From Gracilinanus agilis (taxonomy: Eukaryota): DNA of 64,000 bases. Location: NCBI RefSeq assembly GCF_016433145.1, contig NC_058132.1, positions 163,346,438-163,410,437 of the forward strand, written 5' to 3'. Positions 53,033 through 63,747 of the stretch are shown here, in pieces; position 1 is the first letter of the stretch, and each line of letters opens with the position of its first letter. Position numbers and translations under genes: made by a program. The notes beneath the pieces are model-generated. The model did no database searches and was not told where the DNA came from. It saw only the letters and a list, made by a program, of their open reading frames with translations.

Positions 53033-53841
53033 ACACTATCTATACTTTTTCTCAAATTAAACTAAGTGTTTTATCAAACCGCTCTCCTCACTTTTGTCAA
53101 ACTCCTACCAAAAATTAAACCATAACATGTCTTAGTATCATTTCTAAGATCAAAAAGTGTCAAGAGATACACAATCAAGGTTAAATGATTGACCTTGATC
53201 AAGATTACATAGCTTGGGCATGTCTAAAGCCAAATTCGAACCCAAGTTTTCCTAATTCCAGGTCGTGCTATATCCTCTGTGCTACCTAGCTTCTATGAAG
53301 TACTTTTTTTGGTATTTTGGTGTAACACCAAAAAAGTAAATTAATTCAGGTAGAATTGTCATTTTTATTAAATTGGATCAGCCTACTCATGAGCTATTAT
53401 TGTTTTTCTAGTTGTTTAGGTCTGACTTTATTTGTTTGAAAAATGTTTTATAAGTGGAATCATATAGTTCCTAGATTTGTCTTGGTGGGTAGACTCCCAG
53501 GTATTTTATATTGTTTATAGCTATTGTAAGTGGGCTTTTTCTTCTTATCTCTTGCTATTGGGTTTTATTAATAATATAGATAAATGCTGATGACTTATCT
53601 GGGTTTATATTATTTTCTGCAACTTTGCTAAAGTTGTTAATTTTTTTGATTAGTATTTTGGATGACTCTTGAGGATTCTCTGAGTATTTTATCATATCAT
53701 CTGTAGAGTGATAGCTTTATTTCCTCATTCTATTCTAATTCCTTTAATTTTTTCTTCTCTCATTGCCATAGCTAGCATTTTTAGTACAATATTAATTGTA
53801 TTGGTGATGATAGGCATCTTTGCTTCACTCTTGGCTTCTAG

Positions 53842-54480
53842 TGTAAGAGTTAATTTAATGTGCAATAATTGTGCAAATACAAGTATTATTTTTTAAAGTT
53901 TATTATCTGACAAAATAGAACCATGTAACTAAGTTTTTCTACCTGCTCAAAATGCCTACTCCATCAAAGCCACCAATAGGAAGGAAAAAAATGCTAGACA
54001 TGGAACTCCACCAAATTACATACGTCAGCATGTAATGACAGGAAGTGAGTGGGGTTCTGGGAATAGTAGTTTTGCTGGGAATCGTAGTTTTTAGAACAGA
54101 TTCCAATTACACAATATTCCCCCCCCCCCCCAAATCCTTTGGAAGACCAGCCTCCCAATGGATCTTGTAAACATAACCAACTTATAAATTACAATAATTT
54201 ATGGATAAAAGAAAAAAGAACAAAACCAATGATTGCTGGGTGCATTGACAAAAAGCCAATTAGGGGGCAATCCCCTTTGGCATAAGAGTATACATACAAA
54301 ATAAATGTGTTACAACCCCCCACAGTTTAATTTCACTACAACTCAAAGTTCATTCTGGATCTTTTGGTGCAGTGTGAGGTTTCTGCAGGCATCTCCATGG
54401 TGACTTCTCCAAGCAGTTCTCTTTCTGGATTCTGGGAGGTAGCAAGTTTCTTAACTTATATAAAACTAGAATTTTATAGC
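53842..54480 (-). mobile_element. LTR (53842-54112) with G-rich polypurine tract and 3' internal remnant
   Basis: Minus strand: poly-G tract then TGTAATTGG...TTACA. Confidence 0.6.
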
Positions 54481-54940
54481 AATTATACATCAGCTTATCC
54501 TCATTACAGTCAATGCTTGCTTATGGTTTTATATAGATGCTATTTATCATTTTCAGGAATGTCCCCTTTATTCCAATGTTTACTAGTATTTTTAATAGGA
54601 AAAGGTGTTGTATTTTGTCAAAAGTTTTTCTGTATTTGTTGAAATAATCATATGGTTTCTGTTGGTTTTGTTATTGATATGATCAATTATATTGATAGTT
54701 TTCATAATACTAAAACATCCCTGCATTCCTGTATATAAATACAGTAAAATATTTTGTATGTAAATACAATAAAGTATGTAAAGTATTTTGTATGTAAATA
54801 CAGTAAAGTATGTAAATATAGTAAAGTATAAAGTATGAGTAAAACTCACCTGGTCATAGTGTATGATCCTTGTGATATATTGTTGCAATCTCCTTGCTAG
54901 TATTTTATTTATATTTTTTGCATCAATAATCATTAGAGAT

Positions 54941-55665
54941 TGTGAGTGAAAAATCCTTACCCCCTTATATGAGGATTAGATTTTAATGTTAGCATAGTAT
55001 TTTGATAATCATAATTGTATTTCTAAGATAGTTAAATAATGTTAGCATAAGTGATGGTTTTAGTAGGCCTTTTGTGATTATTTTAGTATAAGTTTTTAAG
55101 GTTTTGAACCAAAAGTAAAGAACTGCTTCAATATAGATAATCATTGTTAGCATAGGCCTCAGTTTTAGCCTTAGCCTTAAAATTACTATATCATGCACCC
55201 CCAGCAATTATGGTCTTGAACTTGTGACTGGGTCTTCTTTATCATAGAGGCTTTTGCCTCACATCCTAGTGTACTTCATCAGGCTTTTGCCTGGCTTGGG
55301 GGCTTGGCACCTCTCCTTATCCTGGCCATCTTAGTATACATCATCCTTGTCATCATCAGGCTTAGAGAGAAGGGTTCAGGCTCCCAACTCCCTCTTGTCT
55401 ATCAAGTGACTTCTACCAATAAGTATTTCTGATTACTTCAACCAATCCCCATCTCTCTATTTTTATCACAGTCTTAGATTATTTCACAAGTTGTGATATT
55501 CTTGGGGTATAAAAGAAGTCCTCTCACAAGGCTTGGGGTCTTTTGGTCTTGACCAGAACTCTGGCTTTATTGTGAGACTGGCCCTCTTTCAACAAACCTA
55601 TTTCTTTTTGGCTTGGAGACTTTGATTCTCTTATTTGCATTCCTGTGCTTAGAAATTACTCAATA
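54941..55665 (+). mobile_element. Solo LTR inside L1
   Basis: TGTGAG start, TATAAAA near 55509; L1 sequence resumes at about 55666. Confidence 0.7.
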
Positions 55666-55944
55666 GGATACTGGTTTATAGTTTTCTTTTTCTGTTTTTG
55701 ATTTTCCAGGTTTGAGTATCAATATCATATTTGTGTCATAAAAGGAATTTATTAGAGTTCTTTCCTCAGCAATTTCCCCAAATAGTTTAGATTATTGGAA
55801 TCAATTGTTCTTAAAATGTTTGTTAGAATTTACTTATGAATCCATTTGGCCTGGGGGCTTTTTCCTTAGAGAATTCATTGATGATTTGTTCAATTTCTTT
55901 TTCTGAGATGAGATTGTTTAGATTTTGATTTCCTTTTCTGTTAA

Positions 55945-56215
55945 TTCCCACTGGACTTTATTGAGTAGGGGAGTGAAATGATTGAATCTGTATTTTAGGA
56001 AAATCACTTTAGTGGCTGAAGGGATGATGGATTGGAGTAGGGGGAGATTTGAGGAAGGTGGATCCACCAGCAGACTATTGCAGTAATATGTGTGAGGTGA
56101 TGAGGGCCTGCAGTGGTGGCTGTGCCAGAGGAGTGAAAGGGACAGGTATAGGAAAGTTTTTGTAGAGGTGAAATTGATAGGCTTTGGCAATAGCTTGATA
56201 TTAGGAATTGTGTCC
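55945..56215 (-). mobile_element. L2 fragment
   Basis: gtagggagtgaaatgattgaatctgtattttaggaaaatcact L2 motif. Confidence 0.6.
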
Positions 56216-56524
56216 AAGGGAAGATGAAGGAATTCGGAGGGAGAGGTATCTTGTTCTCAAAAGGTCTAATTCAAGAGGAAGTTCCCTTTATAGTATGATA
56301 TATTCAAGCCATCTTCCTATACATGGACATCATGTACTATTTGGGAAGGGACAGAGATAAGGAACTGGTCAATGAATCCTGTAAGTAGGAGTAAGAAACA
56401 CCAACTTGCTAGTTGGGAGTTACGCATAGTTCAGACAGAACAATGCCAAGAGAGTTTTCATACTGAGGTCATAATTCCCTAGAAATTAATGTGTGTATGG
56501 GGAGGGATGAGAAAGTCAGGGCTT

Positions 56525-56649
56525 CTAGAGTCTATTACAGTAGTTTCGACCCAGACAGCATTGAAATTCATATTCCTTGTTATTTATCAATCTTCTTACT
56601 GTCCTGCAATTGGTTTTACATGACATCGTTGCAACTTGTAAGATTCCAT
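56525..56649 (-). CDS. PATE/ACRV1-like Ly6 protein, last exon (NGILQVATMSCKTNCRTVRRLINNKEYEFQCCLGRNYCNRL*)
   Basis: Acceptor cattttcctAG; C-x3-C-x15-CC-x5-CN LU-domain C-terminus; TAG at 56525-56527. Confidence 0.93.
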
Positions 56650-56975
56650 CTAGGAAAATGGGAGACAAACATTTCCAAGGGTCTAGATTAGAGAATTCAA
56701 GATAATTACAATGGCCATCTCCATTCCTTTCCCCTCCAGCCCTGATGATATAGGAAAATTTACTTGAAAAGCTTTTACCTTTTGTTTAGGATTGTCCATG
56801 GGAACACACCTCCCAGGGATCCCTGAACTAACAGGATTATTCCTGGATGCTCCACCGGCATGACCACTAGGAGTCTCCCTAGCCCAGGAACTGAGATGCC
56901 CAAAGCCACAACCCACATGAGTCTATCAAGATTACTTCAGACCTAATCAGTCCACCTTCCCTTTATTCCACCTAC

Positions 56976-57101
56976 TATAATATAGTTTCATAGTTGAACA
57001 GCTCTCATCGGGCTTTGCAATACAGGTACCAAAGCCTGTTTCACACTTTCCATTTTGAGTCATCATTTTGCATGTTGTACATTTCAGAGTGAACGTAAAG
57101 C
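56976..57101 (-). CDS. PATE/ACRV1-like Ly6 protein, LU exon (GFTFTLKCTTCKMMTQNGKCETGFGTCIAKPDESCSTMKLYY)
   Basis: Acceptor ttctgttatgcAG, donor GTAGGT, phase 1-1; C-x2-C-x8-C-x6-C-x7-C. Confidence 0.93.
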
Positions 57102-57217
57102 CTGCATAACAGAAAACAGGGTGTGAATGCTAAGCTGCCAAGTGACTCTGGTTGTTATGGAAGCTGGAAAGCTGTTTTGGGGAAATCTGGGGTCCCATTC
57201 TCTGCAACCAACCTTAC

Positions 57218-57262
57218 CTATGACCACACTAGTCTGTCCTTTCCCAGAATTTTTCTTCCTTG
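57218..57262 (-). CDS. PATE-like gene, 45-nt symmetric mini-exon (ARKKNSGKGQTSVVI)
   Basis: Acceptor ggtttcAG, donor AG|GTAAGG, phase 1-1. Confidence 0.7.
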   Translation of the reverse strand, partial: QGRKILGKDRLVWS

Positions 57263-57353
57263 CTGAAACCATGGGAAGGGACAAGCAGAGAGGAGGACAG
57301 GAGATGACTGAAGAAGACTCACAGTAGAAGAAGGCACAACTCCCATTCTCTAC

Positions 57354-57425
57354 CAATGGCTTCCTTGTTAGTTCCAAGGGCAGTAAGCCCAGCCTCAGTT
57401 CCAGACTCCTCAAAACTAGCACAGT
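57354..57425 (-). CDS. PATE-like gene, candidate 72-nt exon (DCASFEESGTEAGLTALGTNKEAI)
   Basis: Acceptor ctttcctcccAG, weak donor TG|GTAGAG, phase 1-1, open frame. Confidence 0.45.
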
Positions 57426-57518
57426 CTGGGAGGAAAGACTTAGTAGTCCTCAAATGGGTGTGGAGAAGGGCATTAGTATCTAGAGAGAAGAAAATAGTTC
57501 CTTGTAGTCACTCCTTAC

Positions 57519-57615
57519 CAGACTTAGCATATTTACTTGAATCCTTTACATTTGATTCCCAAGACCCAGTCCATGTGAAGCAGAGAAGAGAAATGCCTAA
57601 GAGAAGCTTGTCCAT
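57519..57615 (-). CDS. PATE-like gene, exon 1 with signal peptide (MDKLLLGISLLCFTWTGSWESNVKDSSKYAKS)
   Basis: agaagATGG start, hydrophobic core, donor G|GTAAGG phase 1. Confidence 0.88.
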
Positions 57616-58539
57616 CTTCTATCAGTGTCCTCAGTCCTGGAGCTGGCCGACTTGGAGGGGGCAGTGGCTTTGGATATTACTTGGAGTAGACCTTGAAGGG
57701 AACTGAGAGCCTCTCTAATGTCAGATGCCCCATGGGTAGCTTCTTCTTTCCACCAATAGGAAGGTGCTTGTGATCAGTGTGGCAGGACTGTGACTGATCA
57801 ACTGATACCTTAGTAGGAGGCAAGGAAACATCCCTGGGGCTTATAGAAGAGGGTGGAGAACACAATCTGAAAGGCTCAGCTCTCTAGTTCATTTTGTATC
57901 CCTTATCATGTCCTAACAGTAGAGGAGAGCTAACTTCATTTGGAGCCAAAGGGTAGACTTCTCTTATGAATTACTAGATGTGATTAGTTTCTTGCAGTCA
58001 AGCTATCTAAGGAAGGGGTATTGGGGATTGGCTTCAGAGGGTTTATGATCTCTCTCTTTTTTTTTTTTTTCTCTCCTTTTAGGAATGTTAGTATCAGACT
58101 TTTCCTTGGGAAAGAAATTCGGTTTTGGAGTCACTAGGCTGGAGTGAAGATTATTTTCTCTACTGGATTCCTTTTGGGCAAATATGGGAAACTTTAGTGA
58201 GCCATTCATTTTTCTTCTTTCTGGATGAATGTCAAGGGTGGTTGGCCTACTATGGTAAAGCTTTTGCTCCAGAAAGTTTTAATTTCTTGCAGATGGGTTC
58301 AATAGAGTTGTAAATGTGTCATCAGGTTTTCTTTTCTCAGAATTTTAAAAGTCCTGTTAAGAGAAATTCATAGCCTTTGGTCCTAGTTCCATTGGAAATA
58401 TTTCAAGGATAAGATCTTTATCTTCTGTTTCTTTTAAAATTATTTTTTTCTGGACTATACATGTATTATCATGTAAAACATTTCATTTTTATATGTGAAT
58501 AATCTATAAAAACAAAACCCCAAACACATACCCAAATAG

Positions 58540-58644
58540 AAATATGGAATATTTCACAAATTTGCATGTCATTCTTGAGCAGGGGCCATGCTAATCTTCT
58601 CTGTGTCCTTTCAATTTTAGTATATGTGCTGCTGAAATGAGCAT
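58540..58644 (-). pseudogene. RNU6: U6 snRNA retropseudogene, fused to an L1 3' end (about 58434-58539)
   Basis: Minus strand matches U6 (...gcagcacatatactaaaattg...cagagaagattagcatggcccctg..caaga atgaca...ttccatattt) with mismatches; TSD ttatcttct(g/a)ttt. Confidence 0.92.
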
Positions 58645-60490
58645 TTATCTTCTATTTTTTTATATAGTTCCCCTCCTTTATCTTATCTCTTATAGACTTT
58701 ACATACATAGCGGGTCACTTGGCAAGAACTGGCCAACTGTTCACTAACTGGAGTATAGGAGGTTATTAACATTGCATGACTAGAATTGACATTCCTGAAA
58801 TTAATTTTAACACCCTGGGACTTCTTGGAAGTATTATGGGAAGTCATAGTACTATCATTGCCCTTTTCTGAAAGTTTACTCCTGCTAAATGTCTTCCTCA
58901 GTTCATTCTCAGCATAGCTTAGCTTTAATGAACAAATTAAGAAAAGTTAACAATTTTATTAACCTCTTTAGGGATAGCTGGTATAGAAAAGTGAAATGTC
59001 ATTTCTAGAGAAACAAAAATTTCTTTTTTCTTTTGTTCTAGATGGGCTTTCTATAAAGACCAAGCATATTGCCTAGTCATCTTTTCCTATTTGTGGGCAT
59101 ATAAAGAGAGACCAGATGTCTTGTTTTCCATTTCTTTTACATAAATCATTAAAAAGTAGGTGGTGTGTTGGATAGAGAACTGGTCTTGAAGTCATAGGTT
59201 TGTTTCACCTCTAATATGTACTGGCAATGTGATCTTGGTAAAGTCATTTCTCAGTGCCCTAAGCAACTCTCTTAGATAATAAGTTCCAGAGAACATAGCT
59301 TGGGTGCTTTCCTTTGTAGAGGGAATTTTTTCACCTGGGAGTTCCCTAAGTTAATGAAATCATAGATCCAGTTCTTATCCCCAGTTACTTATATAAATCA
59401 CCAAGTTTATTTAGTATTCTTTGATCAACATTGTCTTAGAACATAAAAGAAATACAAAAGAAATTTGAGATATTGTCTTATCTACATGTTGTGTATAGTC
59501 CACAGTGCTCTGAATGTATGCAGTTAGTATTTGTTGAATAATTTCTACTTGTCTTTGAGTACTTGACAATGTGCTTGGAAGCTTCTCCTGGCTCTCTCTG
59601 CTACTTTGGGCCACCAACAGAGACAGCCTTCCCCTTCTTCCAACTCAGCTCCAGCTTCTGCTGGTTCCTCACAGCAGTTGCTGTCTGTTCATAGGACAGC
59701 TCACATTATGTATACTACCTCTTCCCCAGGAGGAAGCTTGCCAGTGTCAGATGTGCATCTATTTGATGGTTGTGATCTTACAATGAAAATTTATATCTCT
59801 ACCAAGTTTTTTAACCATAAGAGGTAAATGATTTTAATTTCTTTTGAAATAAGCTCTCATATTTTTCTTAAGCCTTCTGACTTTTTTCCTTATTTTGTAT
59901 TTATGTGACTACTTTTGTAGCTACCTGCAGCCACAAATTAATATATTCATGTGTTGACACCTGAGAAGGGAAGTTAGAAACTGAGGGAAATGGGTGAAGG
60001 GGATAGAGAGAGAGAGGTGGGGAACAGAATAAAGGAAGAAAGACTCAGAGATGAAGGGTTCAACAACATGGGCTCCAGCATGCATGCTCCTCTGATGGTG
60101 GAAAAAGAGAGAGCGAGCTATACATGTCCCCGATCTTTTATTGGAGAATCAAGGAATGGGGAATGGGAGGAAGTTAATGATCGTGTGACATGGCATATGA
60201 TTTGACATTGGCTTAATTGACAACCACAAGATCAAAGAGGAGGAGGAGGTTAATCAAACATATGACCTGATAGGGAATCTGGTCTGTTAAGGTAGGAGCT
60301 AGGACCCTGAGGCAGCTAATATCCTGCCCAGGAATTCTCTTGACCTTTGGACTGTAGGTCTGGAGAGTGGTCAGAATTAATAGAGTACCAATTAAATACA
60401 TTGATCAAGAAATAATATGACCATGAGTTTGGTACATGAGCACATAGGTTACAATATTAATACTTTCAAGATTAGAATATACCTGGGATT

Positions 60491-60852
60491 GGGGGCAGCT
60501 GGGTGGCTCAAGACAGGAGGTCCTAGGTTCAAATCTGGCCTCAGACACTTCCTAGCTGTGTGACCTTGGGCAAGTCACTTAACCCCCATTGCCTAGACCA
60601 GTGGTTCCCAAACTTTTTTGGCCTACCACCCCCTTTCCAGAAAAAATACTACTTAGTGCCCCTGGAAATTAATTGTTTTAAATTTTTAATAGCAATTAAT
60701 AGGAAAGATAAATGCATCTGTGGCCATCACTGCTCTCCTGGATCGCTGCAGCACCCATCAGGGAGTGGTGGCGCCCACTTTGGGAATCATTGGCTTAGAC
60801 CTTACCACTCTTCTGCCTTGGAGCCACAACACAGTAAGGGTTTAAAAAAAAA
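60491..60852 (+). mobile_element. SINE1-type SINE interrupted by a hAT MITE
   Basis: TSD agaatatacctgggat. Confidence 0.9.
60599..60792. mobile_element. hAT MITE, same family as 47507-47699, opposite orientation
   Basis: TIRs cagtggttcccaaa / tttgggaatcattg; TSD gcctagac/gcttagac. Confidence 0.92.
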
Positions 60853-61250
60853 AAGAATATACCTGGGATGTCACAGCTTTCATTCTGAAGATCTTGTAAA
60901 TCTTTGCCTTACCTATATTTTTAAAAAATTTAATTGTTATAAGTTTTCCCTTTCTTTTCTTCCCCTTCAACTGTCATCTGTGTGTCCCAGTAGTGGAAAT
61001 ACCCACAGAGGAGTGTCCTCTATGTGTTTAGTATTGGCCTGTTATGGGACATGTCCAACTTTGGTCCAAAGAGGGGAGTGTAAAGAGAAATTTAATTAAT
61101 TGGCTTATAATAATTTTGTTAATTAATATGTTAAGTTGTAACTGTGTGATTTATTTATTTTAATGTTGAACTAAATTTTATCTATTTTTTTCTACATTGT
61201 TTTATTTTTTCAAGAATATTTTCCCATGGTTACATGATTCATGTCCTCTC

Positions 61251-62133
61251 TGTAATAATGATGTATTTCTGAGAGGGTTTGGAAGGTAAAGGGAAATGAC
61301 AGACTTGGCTAGATGTGTCTGTCAGGCATCCCCGCTTCATATATAAGTATTACTGGGACGAAGAGGGAAATTCTCTGGTAAAGATGAATCCCCAGAGAAT
61401 GGCCAGTGAGGGTAGCTTGAGAAGGGTCTCTACTAGTAAATAATGTTGGAATTTCCCTTGACTGGGGAAGCTTAGATTCTCTTCACACACAAGCCTTCCC
61501 CCTGAGTAAAGTCGCATATCAGGGGTCTGGCTCAGATGGGGGTTGACTTGAGCTTCCCAACTTCTCAAACCCCTTTGATCCCTCTGTGTCCCTGAATAAA
61601 TTTCCTTATCTGACTGCGAATTAAATGATTTATTGTGGTAAGATTAAGGGAGCTGAAGGTGGAGAGAGGGTAGAGGTTTTTCAGGATTCCCTAATTTCTA
61701 ATCCCACAAGGTCCTTCTGTCGAGCCAGTCAAAATGGCTGAAACTAGACATTCACCTTTCCTTCCTCTCTTCTTATCCTATCTAAAAATCTATACTACTG
61801 GAAATCTGATAGGGTTTTTATGCAAGGCAGATATGGGTCAAGATTCTTCTGGGTCTGCTCCAGGGCTCCCAGAGTCCACAGACCCCACAATAAAGAGACC
61901 TCAGTCTCAGATGAGTAGTAGAAGCTGACAGGAACACCAGGCTTTGAGGTATAGATAACCCAAGGAAACCCTTTGGGCTGGCTCTTGATTAGTCACCAGC
62001 CAGCTAAGTTCCTTCTCTCACCCCAAGATCCCGAAGCAAAAGCTACCAGTTCAGGATTCTTCCTTCCCATGATGCCTTGCTCTCCTCCAACCAACGGTCC
62101 ATGACAATCAAGTTCAGCTTCTCAGCATTCTAA
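61251..62133. mobile_element. Solo LTR
   Basis: TGTAAT start; 4-bp TSD tctc. Confidence 0.75.
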
Positions 62134-62403
62134 TCTCCCTTCCCTCTTCCCTCCCACCCTCCCAGAACTGACAAGCAATTCCACTGGTTTATACATGTCT
62201 TATTACTCAAAACCTAATTCCATATTATTCATATTTGTAATAGAGTAATCTTTTAAAAACCACAACCCCAAATCATATACCCTATATGGGTTATATACCA
62301 AGTGATAAATCATGTATCTTTCTTTTGCAGTTCTTTCTCTAGATGTGGATAGCATTTTTTTTTTCATAAATTCCACAGAATTTTTCTTGATCACTGCATT
62401 TCT

Positions 62404-62612
62404 TTTTTTCTTTTTCTTTTTTTTTTTTTTAAATTTTAAATCCTTAACTTCTATGTATTGACTTATAGGTGGAAGATTGGTAAGGGTAGGCAATGGGGGT
62501 CAAGTGACTTGCCCAGGGTCACACAGCTGGGAAGTGTCTGAGGCCGGATTTGAACCTAGGACCTCCTGTCTCTAGGTCTGGCTCTCAATCCATTGAGCTA
62601 CCCAACTGCCCC
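62404..62612 (-). mobile_element. Young SINE1
   Basis: Near-consensus; TSD atcactgcatttct. Confidence 0.93.
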
Positions 62613-62883
62613 AATCACTGCATTTCTATTAGTAGCAGAGTCTATTACATTTGATTGTCCCATGATGTTTCACTTTCTGTGTATAGTGTTCTCCTGATTC
62701 TGCTCATTTCATTCCACATCAGTTCATGAAGGTCTTCCCAGTTTTTATAGAAATCATCTGGTTCATCATTCCTTATAGCACAATAGTATTCCATCACCAT
62801 CAGATACTACAATTTGTTTAGCTATTCCCCAATTGATGGACACCCCTTCCTTTTCCAATTTTTTGCCACTACAAAAAGCATAG

Positions 62884-63747
62884 TGTAAGGATGGATTTTT
62901 TGTGCAGAGGAGATGGAACCAAAGGAGGAGAAGGCAGTTGCTGGCATTTGCTGGCAGTTTTTTCCCGGGCGGAGGAGAAGAGGAGCTGGGAGGAGAAGGA
63001 GGCAGAAAACCCAGCTCTGATCGGTCCGGAGGCCTTCTTGAGGATCTTTCTCTTGGAAATTGAAACCCTGATTCCATGATCACAACCATTTCAACACAAC
63101 TCATCCTTCATGACTACAACCAACTAGTCAACTAAGATTTTGGACTCCATTGGGAGTAAACTCTTAGTCTCCCTCAATCATTATCCATCCTTGCTGAGAG
63201 ACCCTTTTCAGCCAAGGCTTACAATTATAGGAGAGGATAGAATAGAAAATAGAAATAGAAGGGGAAGGGCGGGGAGAAGCTTACGAGTTGGAACCGCTAG
63301 GGTTCCTGCCTAAGTCACGGACCCCATAGGAATAGTGAAGAGGGAACCTCCAAAATCCCTCTGCCCTTCACACCTTTCCTCAATCCCTGATTTGTGAATA
63401 ATAAAAGCCACTTAACAGTCAGATAGCGGTGTGCCTGAGAGACAACAAGGGAGAGGGGAACCACAGCTTGGTCTGGCAGCCTCCATCTTTGAGCCAGACC
63501 ATCTGCTGTGAAAATAACTGACTTGGGAGGAAGCTTGAGTGAATCCCGTCTTTATTCAGGATTGGATTGTGGTGCCACATACCTCCTCTTGCAGGGAAGC
63601 TTTGCCCCCAACTCTTAGGACAGCACAACCCAGTGTATATTTGGCCCCAGGGGAGTGCTGGAGGAGAGAGTCACCACACAGACCCTCTCTCTTTCACTCT
63701 CCCATCTACCAACATCCATTCCTGGGGGACTCCCTTTTATTTTTACA
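62884..63747 (+). mobile_element. Solo LTR
   Basis: TGTAAG...TTTACA termini; 4-bp TSD atag. Confidence 0.85.

Larger units (their letters stand above)
53330..55945 (-). mobile_element. L1 ORF2 (RT) fragment interrupted by two LTR insertions
   Basis: [26 protein letters not shown]...[25 protein letters not shown]. Confidence 0.88.
56236..59460. repeat. Segmental duplicate B (paralogue of 39500-42330)
   Basis: Colinear matches; carries an extra U6/L1 insertion and a ~50-bp 5'UTR-region indel. Confidence 0.92.

Noticed and set aside
58540-58644. Functional U6 snRNA gene
   Set aside because: Multiple substitutions, fusion to an L1 tail, TSDs, and no recognisable PSE/TATA upstream.
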